DNA from: Balanoglossus misakiensis
Lineage: Eukaryota > Animalia > Hemichordata
Assembly (NCBI GenBank): GCA_040954595.2
Contig: CM082598.2
Location: forward strand, 7,827,097 to 7,891,096
DNA: 64,000 bases
Reading direction: 5' to 3'
Shown: positions 12,301 to 27,300 of the stretch, piece by piece
Numbering within the stretch: the first letter of the stretch is position 1
Layout of the letters: every line of letters begins with the position of its first letter
Translations under genes and position numbers: made by a program
Notes under the pieces: generated by a model
Seen by the model: only the letters and a program-made list of their open reading frames with translations
What the model was told of the DNA's origin: nothing
The model's database searches: none

Positions 12301-15300
12301 GTTTGCATCACTATCTACCCAGATGCGTCATCAACCTTGCTTCGCCATTTACCCTGATGCAAAGAATCAGTTTCAATGTCATCGTTGCATTAGCAATGTC
12401 AAAGTACAGTGCTTTTGGACACGTATTAACCCAGGGATTTATCATGAGTTTGAAATCCCCATATGCATTTAATACCCATGTCAAAGTAAAGTGTTTGCAT
12501 CACTATCTACCCAGATGCATCATCAACCTTGCTTCGCCATTTACCCTGATGCAAAGAATCAGATTCAATGTCATCATTGCATTAGCAATGTCAAAGTACA
12601 GTGCTTTTGGCCACGTATTAACCTATGGATTTACATTTAACATTAAATACCCATGTCAAAGTGAAGTGTTTGCATCACTATCTACCCTGATGCATCATCA
12701 ACCTTGCTTAGCCATTTACCCTGATGCAAAGAATCAGATTCAATGTCATCGTTGCATTAGCAATGTCAAAGTACAGTGCTTTTGGACACATATTAACCTA
12801 GGGATTTATCATCAACTTGAAATCCCCATATGCATTTAATACCCATGTCAAAGTGAAGTGTTTGCATATCTACCCTGATGCATCATAAAGCTTGCTTCGC
12901 CATTTACCCTGATGCAAAGAATCAGATTCAATGTCATCGTTGCATTAGCAATGTCAAAGTACAGTGCTTTTGGACACGTATTAACCCAGGGATTTGCAGA
13001 AAACTTTAAATCCCCCTGTAGGCATTTAATACCCATGTCAAAGTGAAGTGTTTGCATCACTATCTACCCTGATGCATCATAAAGTTTGCTTCGCCATTTA
13101 CCCTGATGCAAAGAATCAGATTCAATGTCATCATTCCATTATCAATGTCAAAGTACAGTGCTTTTGGCCACGTATTAACCCAGGGATTTATCAGCAACTT
13201 GAAATCCCCATATGCATTTAATGCCCATGTCAAAGTTTAGTGTTTGCATCACTATCTACCCAGATGCATCATCAACATTGCTTCGCCATTTACCCTGATG
13301 CAAAGAATCAGATTCAATGTCATCGTTGCATTAGCAATGTCATAGGTACAGTGCTTTTGGACACATATTAACCCAGGGATTTATCTTCAACTTGAAATCC
13401 CCATATGCATTTAATACCCATGTCAAAGTGAAATGTTTGCATATCTACCCTGATGCATCATAAAGCTTGCTTCGCCATTTTCCCTGATGCAATGAATCAG
13501 ATTTAATGTCATCGTTGCATTATCAATGTCAAAGTACAGTGCTTTTGGACACGTATTAACCCAGGGATTTATCATCAAATTGAAATCCCCATATGCATTT
13601 AATACCCATGTCAAAGTGAAGTGATTGCATCACTATCTACCCTGATGAATCATAAAGCTTGCTTCGCCATTTACCCTGATGCAAACAATCAGATTCAATG
13701 TCATCGTTGCATTAGCAATGTCAAAGTACAGTGCTTTTGGACACGTATTAACCCAGGGATTTATCATGAGTTTGAAATCCCTATATGCATTTAATACCCA
13801 TGTCAAAGTGAAGTGTTTGCATATCTACCCTGATGCATCATTAAGCGTGCTTCGCCATTTACCCTGATGCAAAGAATCAGATTCAATGTCATCGTTGCAT
13901 TAGCAATGTCAAAGTACAGTGCTTTTGGACACGTATTAACCCAGGGATTTGTCATGAGTTTGAAATCCCCATATGCATTTAATACCCATGTCAAAGTGAA
14001 GTGTTTGCATCACTATCTACCCTGATGCATCATCAACCTTGCTTCGCCATTTACCCTGATGCAAAGAATCAGATTCAATGTCATCGTTGCATTAGCAATG
14101 TCAAAGTACAGTTCTTTTGGACACGAATTAACCCACATATTTTTCAACAACTTGAAGTCCCCATATCCATTTAATACCCATGTCAAAGTGAAGTGTTTGC
14201 ATCACTATCTACCCAGATGCATCATCAACCTTGCTTCGCCATTTACCCTGATGCAAAGAATCAGATTCAATGTCATCGTTGCATTAGCAATGTCATAGGT
14301 ACAGTGCTTTTGGACACATATTAACCCAGGGATTTATCATCAACTTGAAATCCCCATATGCATTTAATACCCATGTCAAAGTGAAGTGTTTGCATATCTA
14401 CCCTGATGCATCATCAACCTTGCTTCGCCATTTACCCTGATGCAAACAATCAGATTCAATGTCATCGTTGCATTAGCAATGTCATAGGTACAGTGCTTTT
14501 GGACACGTATTAACCCACAGATTTTTCAACAACTTGAAATCCCCATATGCATTTAATACCCATGTCAAAGTGTAGTGTTTGCATCACTATCTACCCAGAT
14601 GCGTCATCAACCTTGCTTCGCCATTTACCCTGATGCAAAGAATCAGTTTCAATGTCATCGTTGCATTAGCAATATCAAAGTACAGTGCTTTTGGCCACGT
14701 ATTAACCTATGGATTTACATTTAACATTAAATACCCATGTGAAAGTGCAGAGTTTGCATCACTATCTACCCTGATGCATTATCAACCTTGCTTTGCCATT
14801 TACCCTGATGCAAAGAATCATATTCAATGTCATCGTTGCATTAGCAATGTCAAAGTACAGTGCTTTTGGACACATATTAACCCAGGGATTTATCATCAAC
14901 TTGAAATCCCCATATGCATTTAATACCCATGTCAAAGTGAAGTGATTGCATCACTATCTACCCTGACGAATCATAAAGCTTGCTTCGCCATTTACCCTGA
15001 TGCAAAGAATCAGATTCAATGTCATTGTTGCATTAGCAATGTCAAAGTACAGTGCTTTTGGACACGTATTAACCCAGGGATTTATCATGAGTTTGAAATC
15101 CCCATATGCATTTAATACCCATGTCAAAGTAAAGTGTTTGCATCACTATCTACCCAGATGCATCATCAACCTTGCTTCGCCATTTACCCTGATGCAAAGA
15201 ATCAGATTCAATGTCATCATTGCATTAGCAATGTCAAAGTACAGTGCTTTTGGCCACGTATTAACCTATGGATTTACATTTAACATTAAATACCCATGTG

Positions 15301-18300
15301 AAAGTGCAGAGTTTGCATCACTATCTACCCTGATGCATCATCAACCTTGCTTAGCCATTTACCCTGATGCAAAGAATCAGATTCAATGTCATCGTTGCAT
15401 TAGCAATGTCAAAGTACAGTGCTTTTGGACACGTATTAACCCAGGGATTTATCATCAACTTGAAATCCCCATATGCATTTAATACACATGTCAAAGTGAA
15501 GTGTTTGCATCACTATCTACCCTGATGCATCATCAACCTTGCTTCGCCATTTACCCTGATGCAAAGAATCAGATTCAATGTCACCATTGCATTAGCAATG
15601 TCAAAGTACAGTGCTTTTGGACACGTATTAACCCAGGGATTTACATTTAACATTAAATACCCATGTGAAAGTGCAGAGTTTGCATCACTATCTACCCTGA
15701 TGCATCATCAACCTTGCTTAGCCATTTACCCTGATGCAAAGAATCAGATTCAATGTCATCGTTGCATTAGCAATGTCAAAGTACAGTGCTTTTGGACACG
15801 TATTAACCCAGGGATTTGCAGAAAACTTTAAATTCCCCTGTAGGCATTTAATACCCATGTCAAAGTGAAGTGTTTGCATCACTATCTACCCTGATGCATC
15901 ATAAAGTTTGCTTCGCCATTTACCCTGATGCAAATAATCAGATTCAATGTCATCATTCCATTATCAATGTCAAAGTACAGTGCTTTTGGCCACGTATTAA
16001 CCCAGGGATTTATCATCAACTTGAAATCCCCATATGCATTTAATGCCCATGTCAAAGTGTAGTGTTTGCATCACTATCTACCCAGATGCATCATCAACAT
16101 TGCTTCGCCATTTACCCTGATGCAAAGAATCAGATTCAATGTCATCGTTGCATTAGCAATGTCATAGGTACAGTGCTTTTGGACACATATTAACCCAGGG
16201 ATTTTTCATCAACTTGAAATCCCCATATGCATTTAATACCCATGTCAAAGTGAAGTGTTTGCATATCTACCCTGATGCATCATAAAGCTTGCTTCGCCAT
16301 TTACCCTGATGCAAAGAATCCGATTCAATGTCATCGTTGCATTAGCAATGTCAAAGTACAGTGCTTTTGGACACGTATTAACCCAGGGATTTATCATGAG
16401 TTTGAAATCCCCATATGCATTTAATAGCCATGTCAAAGTGTAGTGTTTGCATCACTATCTACCCAGATGCATCATCAACATTGCTTCGCCATTTACCCTG
16501 ATGCAACGAATCCGATTCAATGTCATCGTTGCATTAGCAATGTCAAAGTACAGTGCTTTTGGACACGTATTAACCCAGGGATTTATCATCAACTTGAAAT
16601 CCCCATATGCATTTAATACCCATGTCAAAGTGAAGTGTTTGCATCACTATCTACCCTGATGCATCATAAAGCTGGTTTCGCCATTTACCCTGATGCAAAG
16701 AATCAGATTCAATGTCATCGTTGCATTAGCAATGTCAAAGTACAGTGCTTTTGGACACGTATTAACCCAGGGATTTATCATCAACTTGAAATCCCCATAT
16801 GCATTTAATACCCATGTCAAAGTGAAGTGTTTGCATCACTATCTACCCTGATGCATCATAAAGCTTGCTTCGCCATTTACCCTGATGCAAAGAATCAGAT
16901 TCAATGTCATCGTTGCATTATCAATGTCAAAGTACAGTGCTTTTGGCCACGTATTAACCCAGGGATTTATCATCAACTTGAAATCCCCATATGCATTTAA
17001 TACCCATGTCAAAGTGTAGTGTTTGCATCACTATCTACCCAGATGCATCATCAACATTGCTTCGCCATTTACCCTGATGCAAAGAATCAGATTCAATGTC
17101 ATCGTTGCATTAGCAATGTCATAGGTACAGTGCTTTTGGACACATATTAACCCAGGGATTTATCATCAACTTGAAATCCCCATATGCATTTAATACCCAT
17201 GTGAAAGTGAAGTGTTTGCATATCTACCCTGATGCATCATAAAGCGTGCTTCGCCATTTACCCTGATGCAAAGAATCCGGTTCAATGTCATCGTTGCATT
17301 AGCAATGTCAAAGTACAGTGCTTTTGGACACGTATTAACCCAGGGATTTATCATGAGTTTGAAATCCCCATATGCATTTAATACCCATGTCAAAGTGAAG
17401 TGTTTGCATCACTATCTACCCTGATGCATCATCAACCTTGCTTCGCCATTTACCCTGATGCAAAGAATCAGATTCAATGTCATCGTTGCATTAGCAATGT
17501 CAAAGTACAGTGCTTTTGGCCACGTATTAACCCAGGGATTTATCATCAACTTGAAATCCCCATATGCATTTAATACCCATGTCAAAGTGAAGTGTTTGCA
17601 TCACTATCTACCCTGATGCATCATCAACCTTGCTTCGCCATTTACCCTAATGCAAAGAATCAGATTCAATGTCATCTTTGCATTAGCAATGTCAAAGTAC
17701 AGTGCTTTTGGACACGAATTAACCCACAGTTTTTTCAACAACTTGAAGTCCCCATATGCATTTAATACCCATGTCAAAGTGAAGTGTTTGCATCACTATC
17801 TACCCAGATGCGTCATCAACCTTGCTTCGCCATTTACCCTGATGCAAAGAATCAGATTCAATGTCATCGTTGCATTAGCAATTGCATAGGTACAGTGCTT
17901 TTGGACACATATTAACCCAGGGATTTATCATCAACTTGAAATCCCCATATGCATTTAATACCCATGTCAAAGTGAAGTGTTTGCATATCTACCCTGATGC
18001 ATCATAAAGCTTGCTCCGCCATTTACCCTGATGCAAAGAATCAGATTCAATGTCATCGTTGCATTATCAATGTCAAAGTACAGTGCTTTTGGACACATAT
18101 TAACCCAGGGATTTATCATCAACTTGAAATCCCCATATGCATTTAATACCCATGTCAAAGTGAAGTGTTTGCATATCTACCCTGATGCATCATAAAGCTT
18201 GCTTCGCCATTTACCCTGATGCAAAGAATCAGATTCAATGTCATCGTTGCATTAGCAATGTCAAAGTACAGTGCTTTTGGACACGTATTAACCCAGGGAT

Positions 18301-21300
18301 TTATCATGAGTTTGAAATCCCCATATGCATTTAATAGCCATGTCAAAGTGTAGTGTTTGCATCACTATCTACCCAGATGCATCATCAACATTGCTTCGCC
18401 ATTTACCCTGATGCAACGAATCAGATTCAATGTCATCGTTGCATTAGCAATGTCTAGGTACAGTGCTTTTGGACACGTATTAACCCAGGGATTTATCATC
18501 AAATTGAAATCCCCATATGCATTTAATACCCATGTCAAAGTGAAGTGTTTGCATCACTATGTAACCTGATGCATCATAAAGCTTGTTTCGCCATTTACCC
18601 TGATGCAAAGAATCAGATTCAATGTCATCGTTGCATTAGCAATGTCAAAGTACAGTGCTTTTGGACACGTATTAACCCAGGGATTTATCATCAACTTGAA
18701 ATCCCCATATGCATTTAATACCCATGTCAAAGTGAAGTGTTTGCATCACTATCTACCCTGATGCATCATAAAGCTTGCTTCGCCATTTACCCTGATGCAA
18801 AGAATCAGATTCAATGTCATCGTTGCATTAGCAATGTCATAGGTACAGTGCTTTTGGACACGTATTAACCCACAGATTTTTCAACAACTTGAAATCCCCA
18901 TATGCATTTAATACCCATGTCAAAGTGTAGTGTTTGCATCACTATCTACCCAGATGCGTCATCAACCTTGCTTCGCCATTTACCCTGATGCAAAGAATCA
19001 GTTTCAATGTCATCGTTGCATTAGCAATATCAAAGTACAGTGCTTTTGGCCACGTATTAACCTATGGATTTACATTTAACATTAAATACCCATGTGAAAG
19101 TGCAGAGTTTGCATCACTATCTACCCTGATGCATTATCAACCTTGCTTCGCCATTTACCCTGATGCAAAGAATCATATTCAATGTCATCGTTGCATTAGC
19201 AATGTCAAAGTACAGTGCTTTTGGACACATATTAACCCAGGGATTTATCATCAACTTGAAATCCCCATATGCATTTAATACCCATGTCAAAGTGAAGTGA
19301 TTGCATCACTATCTACCCTGATGAATCATAAAGCTTGCTTCGCCATTTACCCTGATGCAAAGAATCAGATTCAATGTCATTGTTGCATTAGCAATGTCAA
19401 AGTACAGTGCTTTTGGACACGTATTAACCCAGGGATTTATCATGAGTTTGAAATCCCCATATGCATTTAGTACCCATGTCAAAGTAAAGTGTTTGCATCA
19501 CTATCTACCCAGATGCATCATCAACCTTGCTTCGCCATTTACCCTGATGCAAAGAATCAGATTCAATGTCACCATTGCATTAGCAATGTCAAAGTACAGT
19601 GCTTTTGGACACGTATTAACCCAGGGATTTACATTTAACATTAAATACCCATGTGAAAGTGCAGAGTTTGCATCACTATCTACCCTGATGCATCATCAAC
19701 CTTGCTTAGCCATTTACCCTGATGCAAAGAATCAGATTCAATGTCATCGTTGCATTAGCAATGTCAAAGTACAGTGCTTTTGGACACGTATTAACCCAGG
19801 GATTTGCAGAAAACTTTAAATTCCCCTGTAGGCATTTAATACCCATGTCAAAGTGAAGTGTTTGCATCACTATCTACCCTGATGCATCATAAAGTTTGCT
19901 TCGCCATTTACCCTGATGCAAAGAATCAGATTCAATGTCATCATTCCATTATCAATGTCAAAGTACAGTGCTTTTGGCCACGTATTAACCCAGGGATTTA
20001 TCATCAACTTGAAATCCCCATATGCATTTAATGCCCATGTCAAAGTGTAGTGTTTGCATCACTATCTACCCAGATGCATCATCAACATTGCTTCGCCATT
20101 TACCCTGATGCAAAGAATCAGATTCAATGTCATCGTTGCATTAGCAATGTCATAGGTACAGTGCTTTTGGACACATATTAACCCAGGGATTTTTCATCAA
20201 CTTGAAATCCCCATATGCATTTAATACCCATGTCAAAGTGAAGTGTTTGCATATCTACCCTGATGCATCATAAAGCTTGCTTCGCCATTTACCCTGATGC
20301 AAAGAATCCGATTCAATGTCATCGTTGCATTAGCAATGTCAAAGTACAGTGCTTTTGGACACGTATTAACCCAGGGATTTATCATGAGTTTGAAATCCCC
20401 ATATGCATTTAATAGCCATGTCAAAGTGTAGTGTTTGCATCACTATCTACCCAGATGCATCATCAACATTGCTTCGCCATTTACCCTGATGCAACGAATC
20501 AGATTCAATGTCATCGTTGCATTAGCAATGTCTAGATACAGTGCTTTTGGACACGTATTAACCCAGGGATTTATCATCAACTTGAAATCCCCATATGCAT
20601 TTAATACCCATGTCAAAGTGAAGTGTTTGCATCACTATCTACCCTGATGCATCATAAAGCTGGTTTCGCCATTTACCCTGATGCAAAGAATCAGATTCAA
20701 TGTCATCGTTGCATTAGCAATGTCAAAGTACAGTGCTTTTGGACACGTATTAACCCAGGGATTTATCATCAACTTGAAATCCCCATATGCATTTAATACC
20801 CATGTCAAAGTGAAGTGTTTGCATCACTATCTACCCTGATGCATCATAAAGCTTGCTTCGCCATTTACCCTGATGCAAAGAATCAGATTCAATGTCATCG
20901 TTGCATTATCAATGTCAAAGTACAGTGCTTTTGGCCACGTATTAACCCAGGGATTTATCATCAACTTGAAATCCCCATATGCATTTAATACCCATGTCAA
21001 AGTGTAGTGTTTGCATCACTATCTACCCAGATGCATCATCAACATTGCTTCGCCATTTACCCTGATGCAAAGAATCAGATTCAATGTCATCGTTGCATTA
21101 GCAATGTCATAGGTACAGTGCTTTTGGACACATATTAACCCAGGGATTTATCATGAGTTTGAAATCCCCATATGCATTTAATACCCATGTCAAAGTGAAG
21201 TGTTTGCATCACTATCTACCCTGATGCATCATCAACCTTGCTTCGCCATTTACCCTGATGCAAAGAATCAGATTCAATGTCATCGTTGCATTAGCAATGT

Positions 21301-24300
21301 CAAAGTACAGTGCTTTTGGCCACGTATTAACCCAGGGATTTATCATCAACTTGAAATCCCCATATGCATTTAATACCCATGTCAAAGTGAAGTGTTTGCA
21401 TCACTATGTAACCTGATGCATCATAAAGCTTGTTTCGCCATTTACCCTGATGCAAAGAATCAGATTCAATGTCATCGTTGCATTAGCAATTGCATAGGTA
21501 CAGTGCTTTTGGACACATATTAACCCAGGGATTTATCATCAACTTGAAATCCCCATATGCATTTAATACCCATGTCAAAGTGAAGTGTTTGCATATCTAC
21601 CCTGATGCATCATAAAGCTTGCTCCGCCATTTACCCTGATGCAAAGAATCAGATTCAATGTCATCGTTGCATTAGCAATTGCATAGGTACAGTGCTTTTG
21701 GACACATATTAACCCAGGGATTTATCATCAACTTGAAATCCCCATATGCATTTAATACCCATGTCAAAGTGAAGTGTTTGCATATCTACCCTGATGCATC
21801 ATAAAGCTTGCTTCGCCATTTACCCTGATGCAAAGAATCCGATTCAATGTCATCGTTGCATTAGCAATGTCAAAGTACAGTGCTTTTGGACACGTATTAA
21901 CCCAGGGATTTATCATGAGTTTGAAATCCCCATATGCATTTAATAGCCATGTCAAAGTGTAGTGTTTGCATCACTATCTACCCAGATGCATCATCAACAT
22001 TGCTTCGCCATTTACCCTGATGCAACGAATCAGATTCAATGTCATCGTTGCATTAGCAATGTCTAGGTACAGTGCTTTTGGACACGTATTAACCCAGGGA
22101 TTTATCATCAACTTGAAATCCCCATATGCATTTAATACCCATGTCAAAGTGAAGTGTTTGCATCACTATGTAACCTGATGCATCATAAAGCTTGTTTCGC
22201 CATTTACCCTGATGCAAAGAATCAGATTCAATGTCATCGTTGCATTAGCAATGTCAAAGTACAGTGCTTTTGGACACGTATTAACCCAGGGATTTATCAT
22301 CAACTTGAAATCCCCATATGCATTTAATACCCATGTCAAAGTGAAGTGTTTGCATCACTATCTACCCTGATGCATCATAAAGCTTGCTTCGCCATTTACC
22401 CTGATGCAAAGAATCAGATTCAATGTCATCGTTGCATTATCAATGTCAAAGTACAGTGCTTTTGGCCACGTATTAACCCAGGGATTTATCATCAACTTGA
22501 AATCCCCATATGCATTTAATACCCATGTCAAAGTGTAGTGTTTGCATCACTATCTACCCAGATGCATCATCAACATTGCTTCGCCATTTACCCTGATGCA
22601 AAGAATCCGATTCAATGTCATCGTTGCATTAGCAATGTCAAAGTACAGTACTTTTGGACACGTATTAACCTAGGGATTTATCATGAGTTTGAAATCCCCA
22701 TATGCATTTAATACCCATGTCAAAGTGTAGTGTTTGCATCACTATCTACCCAGATGCATCATCAACATTGCTTCGCCATTTACCCTGATGCAAAGAATCA
22801 GATTCAATGTCATCGTTGCATTAGCAATGTCATAGGTACAGTGCTTTTGGACACATATTAACCCAGGGATTTATCATCAACTTGAAATCCCCATATGCAT
22901 TTAATACCCATGTCAAAGTGAAGTGTTTGCATCACTATCTACCCTGATGCATCATCAACCTTGCTTCGCCCTTTACCCTAATGCAAAGAATCAGATTCAC
23001 TGTCATCGTTGCATTAGCAATGTCAAAGTACAGTGCTTTTGGACACGAATTAACCCACAGATTTTTCAACAACTTGAAGTCCCCATATGCATTTAATACC
23101 CATGTCAAAAAGAAGTGTTTGCATCACTATCTACCCAGATGCGTCATCAACCTTGCTTCGCCATTTACCCTGATGCAAAGAATCAGATTCAATGTCATCG
23201 TTGCATTAGCAATGTCTAGGTACAATGCTTTTGGACACATATTAACCCAGGGATTTATCATCAACTTGAAATCCCCATATGCATTTAATACCCATGTCAA
23301 AGTGAAGTGTTTGCATATCTACCCTGATGCATCATAAAGCTTGCTTCGCCATTTACCCTGATGCAAAGAATCAGATTCAATGTCATCGTTGCATTAGCAA
23401 TGTCAAAGTACAGTGCTTTTGGACACGTATTAACCCAGGGATTTATCATGAGTTTGAAATCCCCATATGCATTTAATACCCATGTCAAAGTGAAGTGTTT
23501 GCATCACTATCTACCCAGATGCATCATCAACCTTGCTTCGCCATTTACCCTGATGCAAAGAATCAGATTCAATGTCATCATTGCATTAGCAATGTCTATG
23601 TACAGTGCTTTTGGACACATATTAACCCAGGGATTTATCATCAACTTGAAATCCCCATATGCATTTAGTACCCATGTCAAAGTGAAGTGTTTGCATATCT
23701 ACCCTGATGCATCATAAAGCTTGCTTCGCCATTTACCCTGATGCAAAGAATCAGATTCAATGTCTTCGTTGCATTAGCAATGTCAAAGTACAGTGCTTTT
23801 GGACACATATTAACCCACAGATTTTTCAACAACTTGAAATCCCCATATGCATTTAATACCCATGTCAAAGTGTAGTGTTTGCATATCTACCCTGATGCAT
23901 CATAAAGCTTGCTTCGCCATTTACCCTGATGCAAAGAATCCAATTCAATGTCATCGTTGCATTAGCAATGTCAAAGTACAGTGCTTTTGGACACATATTA
24001 ACCCAGGGATTTATCATCAACTTGAAATCCCCATATGCATTTAATACCCATGTCAAAGTGAAGTGTTTGCATATCTACCCTGATGCATCATAAAGCTTGC
24101 TTCGCCATTTACCCTGATGCAAAGAATCCGATTCAATGTCATCGTTGCATTAGCAATGTCAAAGTACAGTGCTTTTGGACACGTAATAACCCAGGGATTT
24201 ATCATGAGTTTGAAATCCCCATATGCATTTAATACCCATGTCAAAGTGAAGTGTTTGCATCACTATCTACCCTGATGCATCATCAACCTTGCTTCGCCAT

Positions 24301-27300
24301 TTACCCTGATGCAAAGAATCAGATTCAATGTCATCGTTGCATTAGCAATGTCAAAGTACAGTGCTTTTGGCCACGTATTGACCCAGGGATTTATCATCAA
24401 CTTGAAATCCCCATATGCATTTAATACCCATGTCAAAGTGAAGTGTTTGCATCACTATCTACCCAGATGCATCATCAACCTTGCTTCGCCATTTACCCTG
24501 ATGCAAAGAATCAGATTCAATGTCATCATTGCATTAGCAATGTCTATGTACAGTGCTTTTGGACACATATTAACCCAGGGATTTATCATCAACTTGAAAT
24601 CCCCATATGCAATTAGTACCCATGTCAAAGTGAAGTGTTTGCATATCTACCCTGATGCATCATAAAGCTTGCTTCGCCATTTACCCTGATGCAAAGAATC
24701 AGATTCAATGTCTTCGTTGCATTAGCAATGTCAAAGTACAGTGCTTTTGGACACATATTAACCCACAGATTTTTCAACAACTTGAAATCCCCATATGCAT
24801 TTAATACCCATGTCAAAGTGTAGTGTTTGCATATCTACCCTGATGCATCATAAAGCTTGCTTCGCCATTTACCCTGATGCAAAGAATCCAATTCAATGTC
24901 ATCGTTGCATTAGCAATGTCAAAGTACAGTGCTTTTTGACGCATATTAACCCAGGGATTTATCATCAACTTGAAATCCCCATATGCATTTAATACCCATG
25001 TCAAAGTGAAGTGTTTGCATATCTACCCTGATGCATCATAAAGCTTGCTTCGCCATTTACCCTGATGCAAAGAATCCGATTCAATGTCATCGTTGCATTA
25101 GCAATGTCAAAGTACAGTGCTTTTGGACACGTAATAACCCAGGGATTTATCATGAGTTTGAAATCCCCATATGCATTTAATACCCATGTCAAAGTGAAGT
25201 GTTTGCATCACTATCTACCCTGATGCATCATCAACCTTGCTTCGCCATTTACCCTGATGCAAAGAATCAGATTCAATGTCATCGTTGCATTAGCAATGTC
25301 AAAGTACAGTGCTTTTGGCCACGTATTAACCCAGGGATTTATCATCAACTTGAAATCCCCATATGCATTTAATACCCATGTCAAAGTGAAGTGTTTGCAT
25401 CACTATCTACCCTGATGCATCATCAACCTTGCTTCGCCATTTACCCTGATGCAAAGAATCAGATTCAATATCATCGTTGCATTAGCAATGTCAAAGTACA
25501 GTGCTTTTGGCAACGTATTAACCCAGGGATTTATAATCAACTTGAAATCCCCATATGCATTTAATACCCATGTCAAAGTGAAGTGCTTGCATCACTATCT
25601 ACCCAGATGCGTCATCAACCTTGCTTCGCCATTTACCCTGATGCAAAGAATCAGATTCAATGTCATCGTTGCATTAGCAATGTAAGGGTACAGTGCTATT
25701 GGACACATATTAACCCAGGGATTTATCATCAACTTGAAATCCCCATATGCATTTAATACCCATGTCAAAGTGAAATGTTTGCATATCTACCCTGATGCAT
25801 CATAAAGCTTGCTTCGCCATTTTCCCTGATGCAATGAATCAGATTTAATGTCATCGTTGCATTATCAATGTCAAAGTACAGTGCTTTTGGACACGTATTA
25901 ACCCAGGGATTTATCATCAAATTGAAATCCCCATATGCATTTAATACCCATGTCAAAGTGAAGTGATTGCATCACTATCTACCCTGATGAATCATAAAGC
26001 TTGCTTCGCCATTTACCCTAATGCAAAGAATCAGATTCAATGTCATCGTTGCATTAGCAATGTCAAAGTACAGTGCTTTTGGACACATATTAACCCAGGG
26101 ATTTATCATGAGTTTGAAATCCCCATATGCATTTAATACCCATGTCAAAGTGAAGTGTTTGCATATCTACCCTGATGCATCATTAAGCGTAATTCGCCAT
26201 TTACCCTGATGCAAAGAATCAGATTCAATGTCATCGTTGCATTAGCAATGTCAAAGTACAGTTCTTTTGGACACGAATTAACCCACATATTTTTCAACAA
26301 CTTGAAGTCCCCATATGCATTTAATACCCATGTCAAAGTGAAGTGTTTGCATCACTATCTACCCAGATGCATCATCAACCTTGCTTCGCCATTTACCCTG
26401 ATGCAAAGAATCAGATTCAATGTCATCGCTGCATTAGCAATGTCATAGGTACAGTGCTTTTGGACACATATTAACCCAGGGATTTATCATCAACTTGAAA
26501 TCCCCATATGCATTTAATACCCATGTCAAAGTGAAGTGTTTGCATCACTATGTAACCTGATGCATAATAAAGCTTGTTTCGCCATTTACCCTGATGCAAA
26601 GAATCAGATTCAATGTCATCGTTGCATTAGCAATGTCAAAGTACAGTGCTTTTGGACACGTATTAACCCAGGGATTTATCATCAACTTGAAATCCCCATA
26701 TGCATTTAATACCCATGTCAAAGTGAAGTGTTTGCATCACTATCTACCCTGATGCATCATAAAGCTTGCTTCGCCATTTACCCTGATGCAAAGAATCAGA
26801 TTCAATGTCATCGTTGCATTATCAATGTCAAAGTACAGTGCTTTTGGCCACGTATTAACCCAGGGATTTATCATCAACTTGAAATCCCCATATGCATTTA
26901 ATACCCATGTCAAAGTGTAGTGTTTGCATCACTATCTACCCAGATGCATCATCAACATTGCTTCGCAATTTACCCTGATGCAAAGAATCAGATTCAATGT
27001 CATCGTTGCATTAGCAATGTCTTAGGTACAGTGCTTTTGGACACATATTAACCCAGGGATTTATCATCAACTTGATATCCCCATATGCATTTAATACCCA
27101 TGTCAAAGTGAAGTGTTTGCATATCTACCCTGATGCATCATAAAGCTTGTTTCGCCATTTACCCTGATGCAAAGAATCCGATTCAATGTCATCGTTGCAT
27201 TAGCAATGTCAAAGTACAGTACTTTTGGACACGTATTAACCCAGGGATTTATCATGAGTTTGAAATCCCCATATGCATTTAATACCCATGTCAAAGTGTA

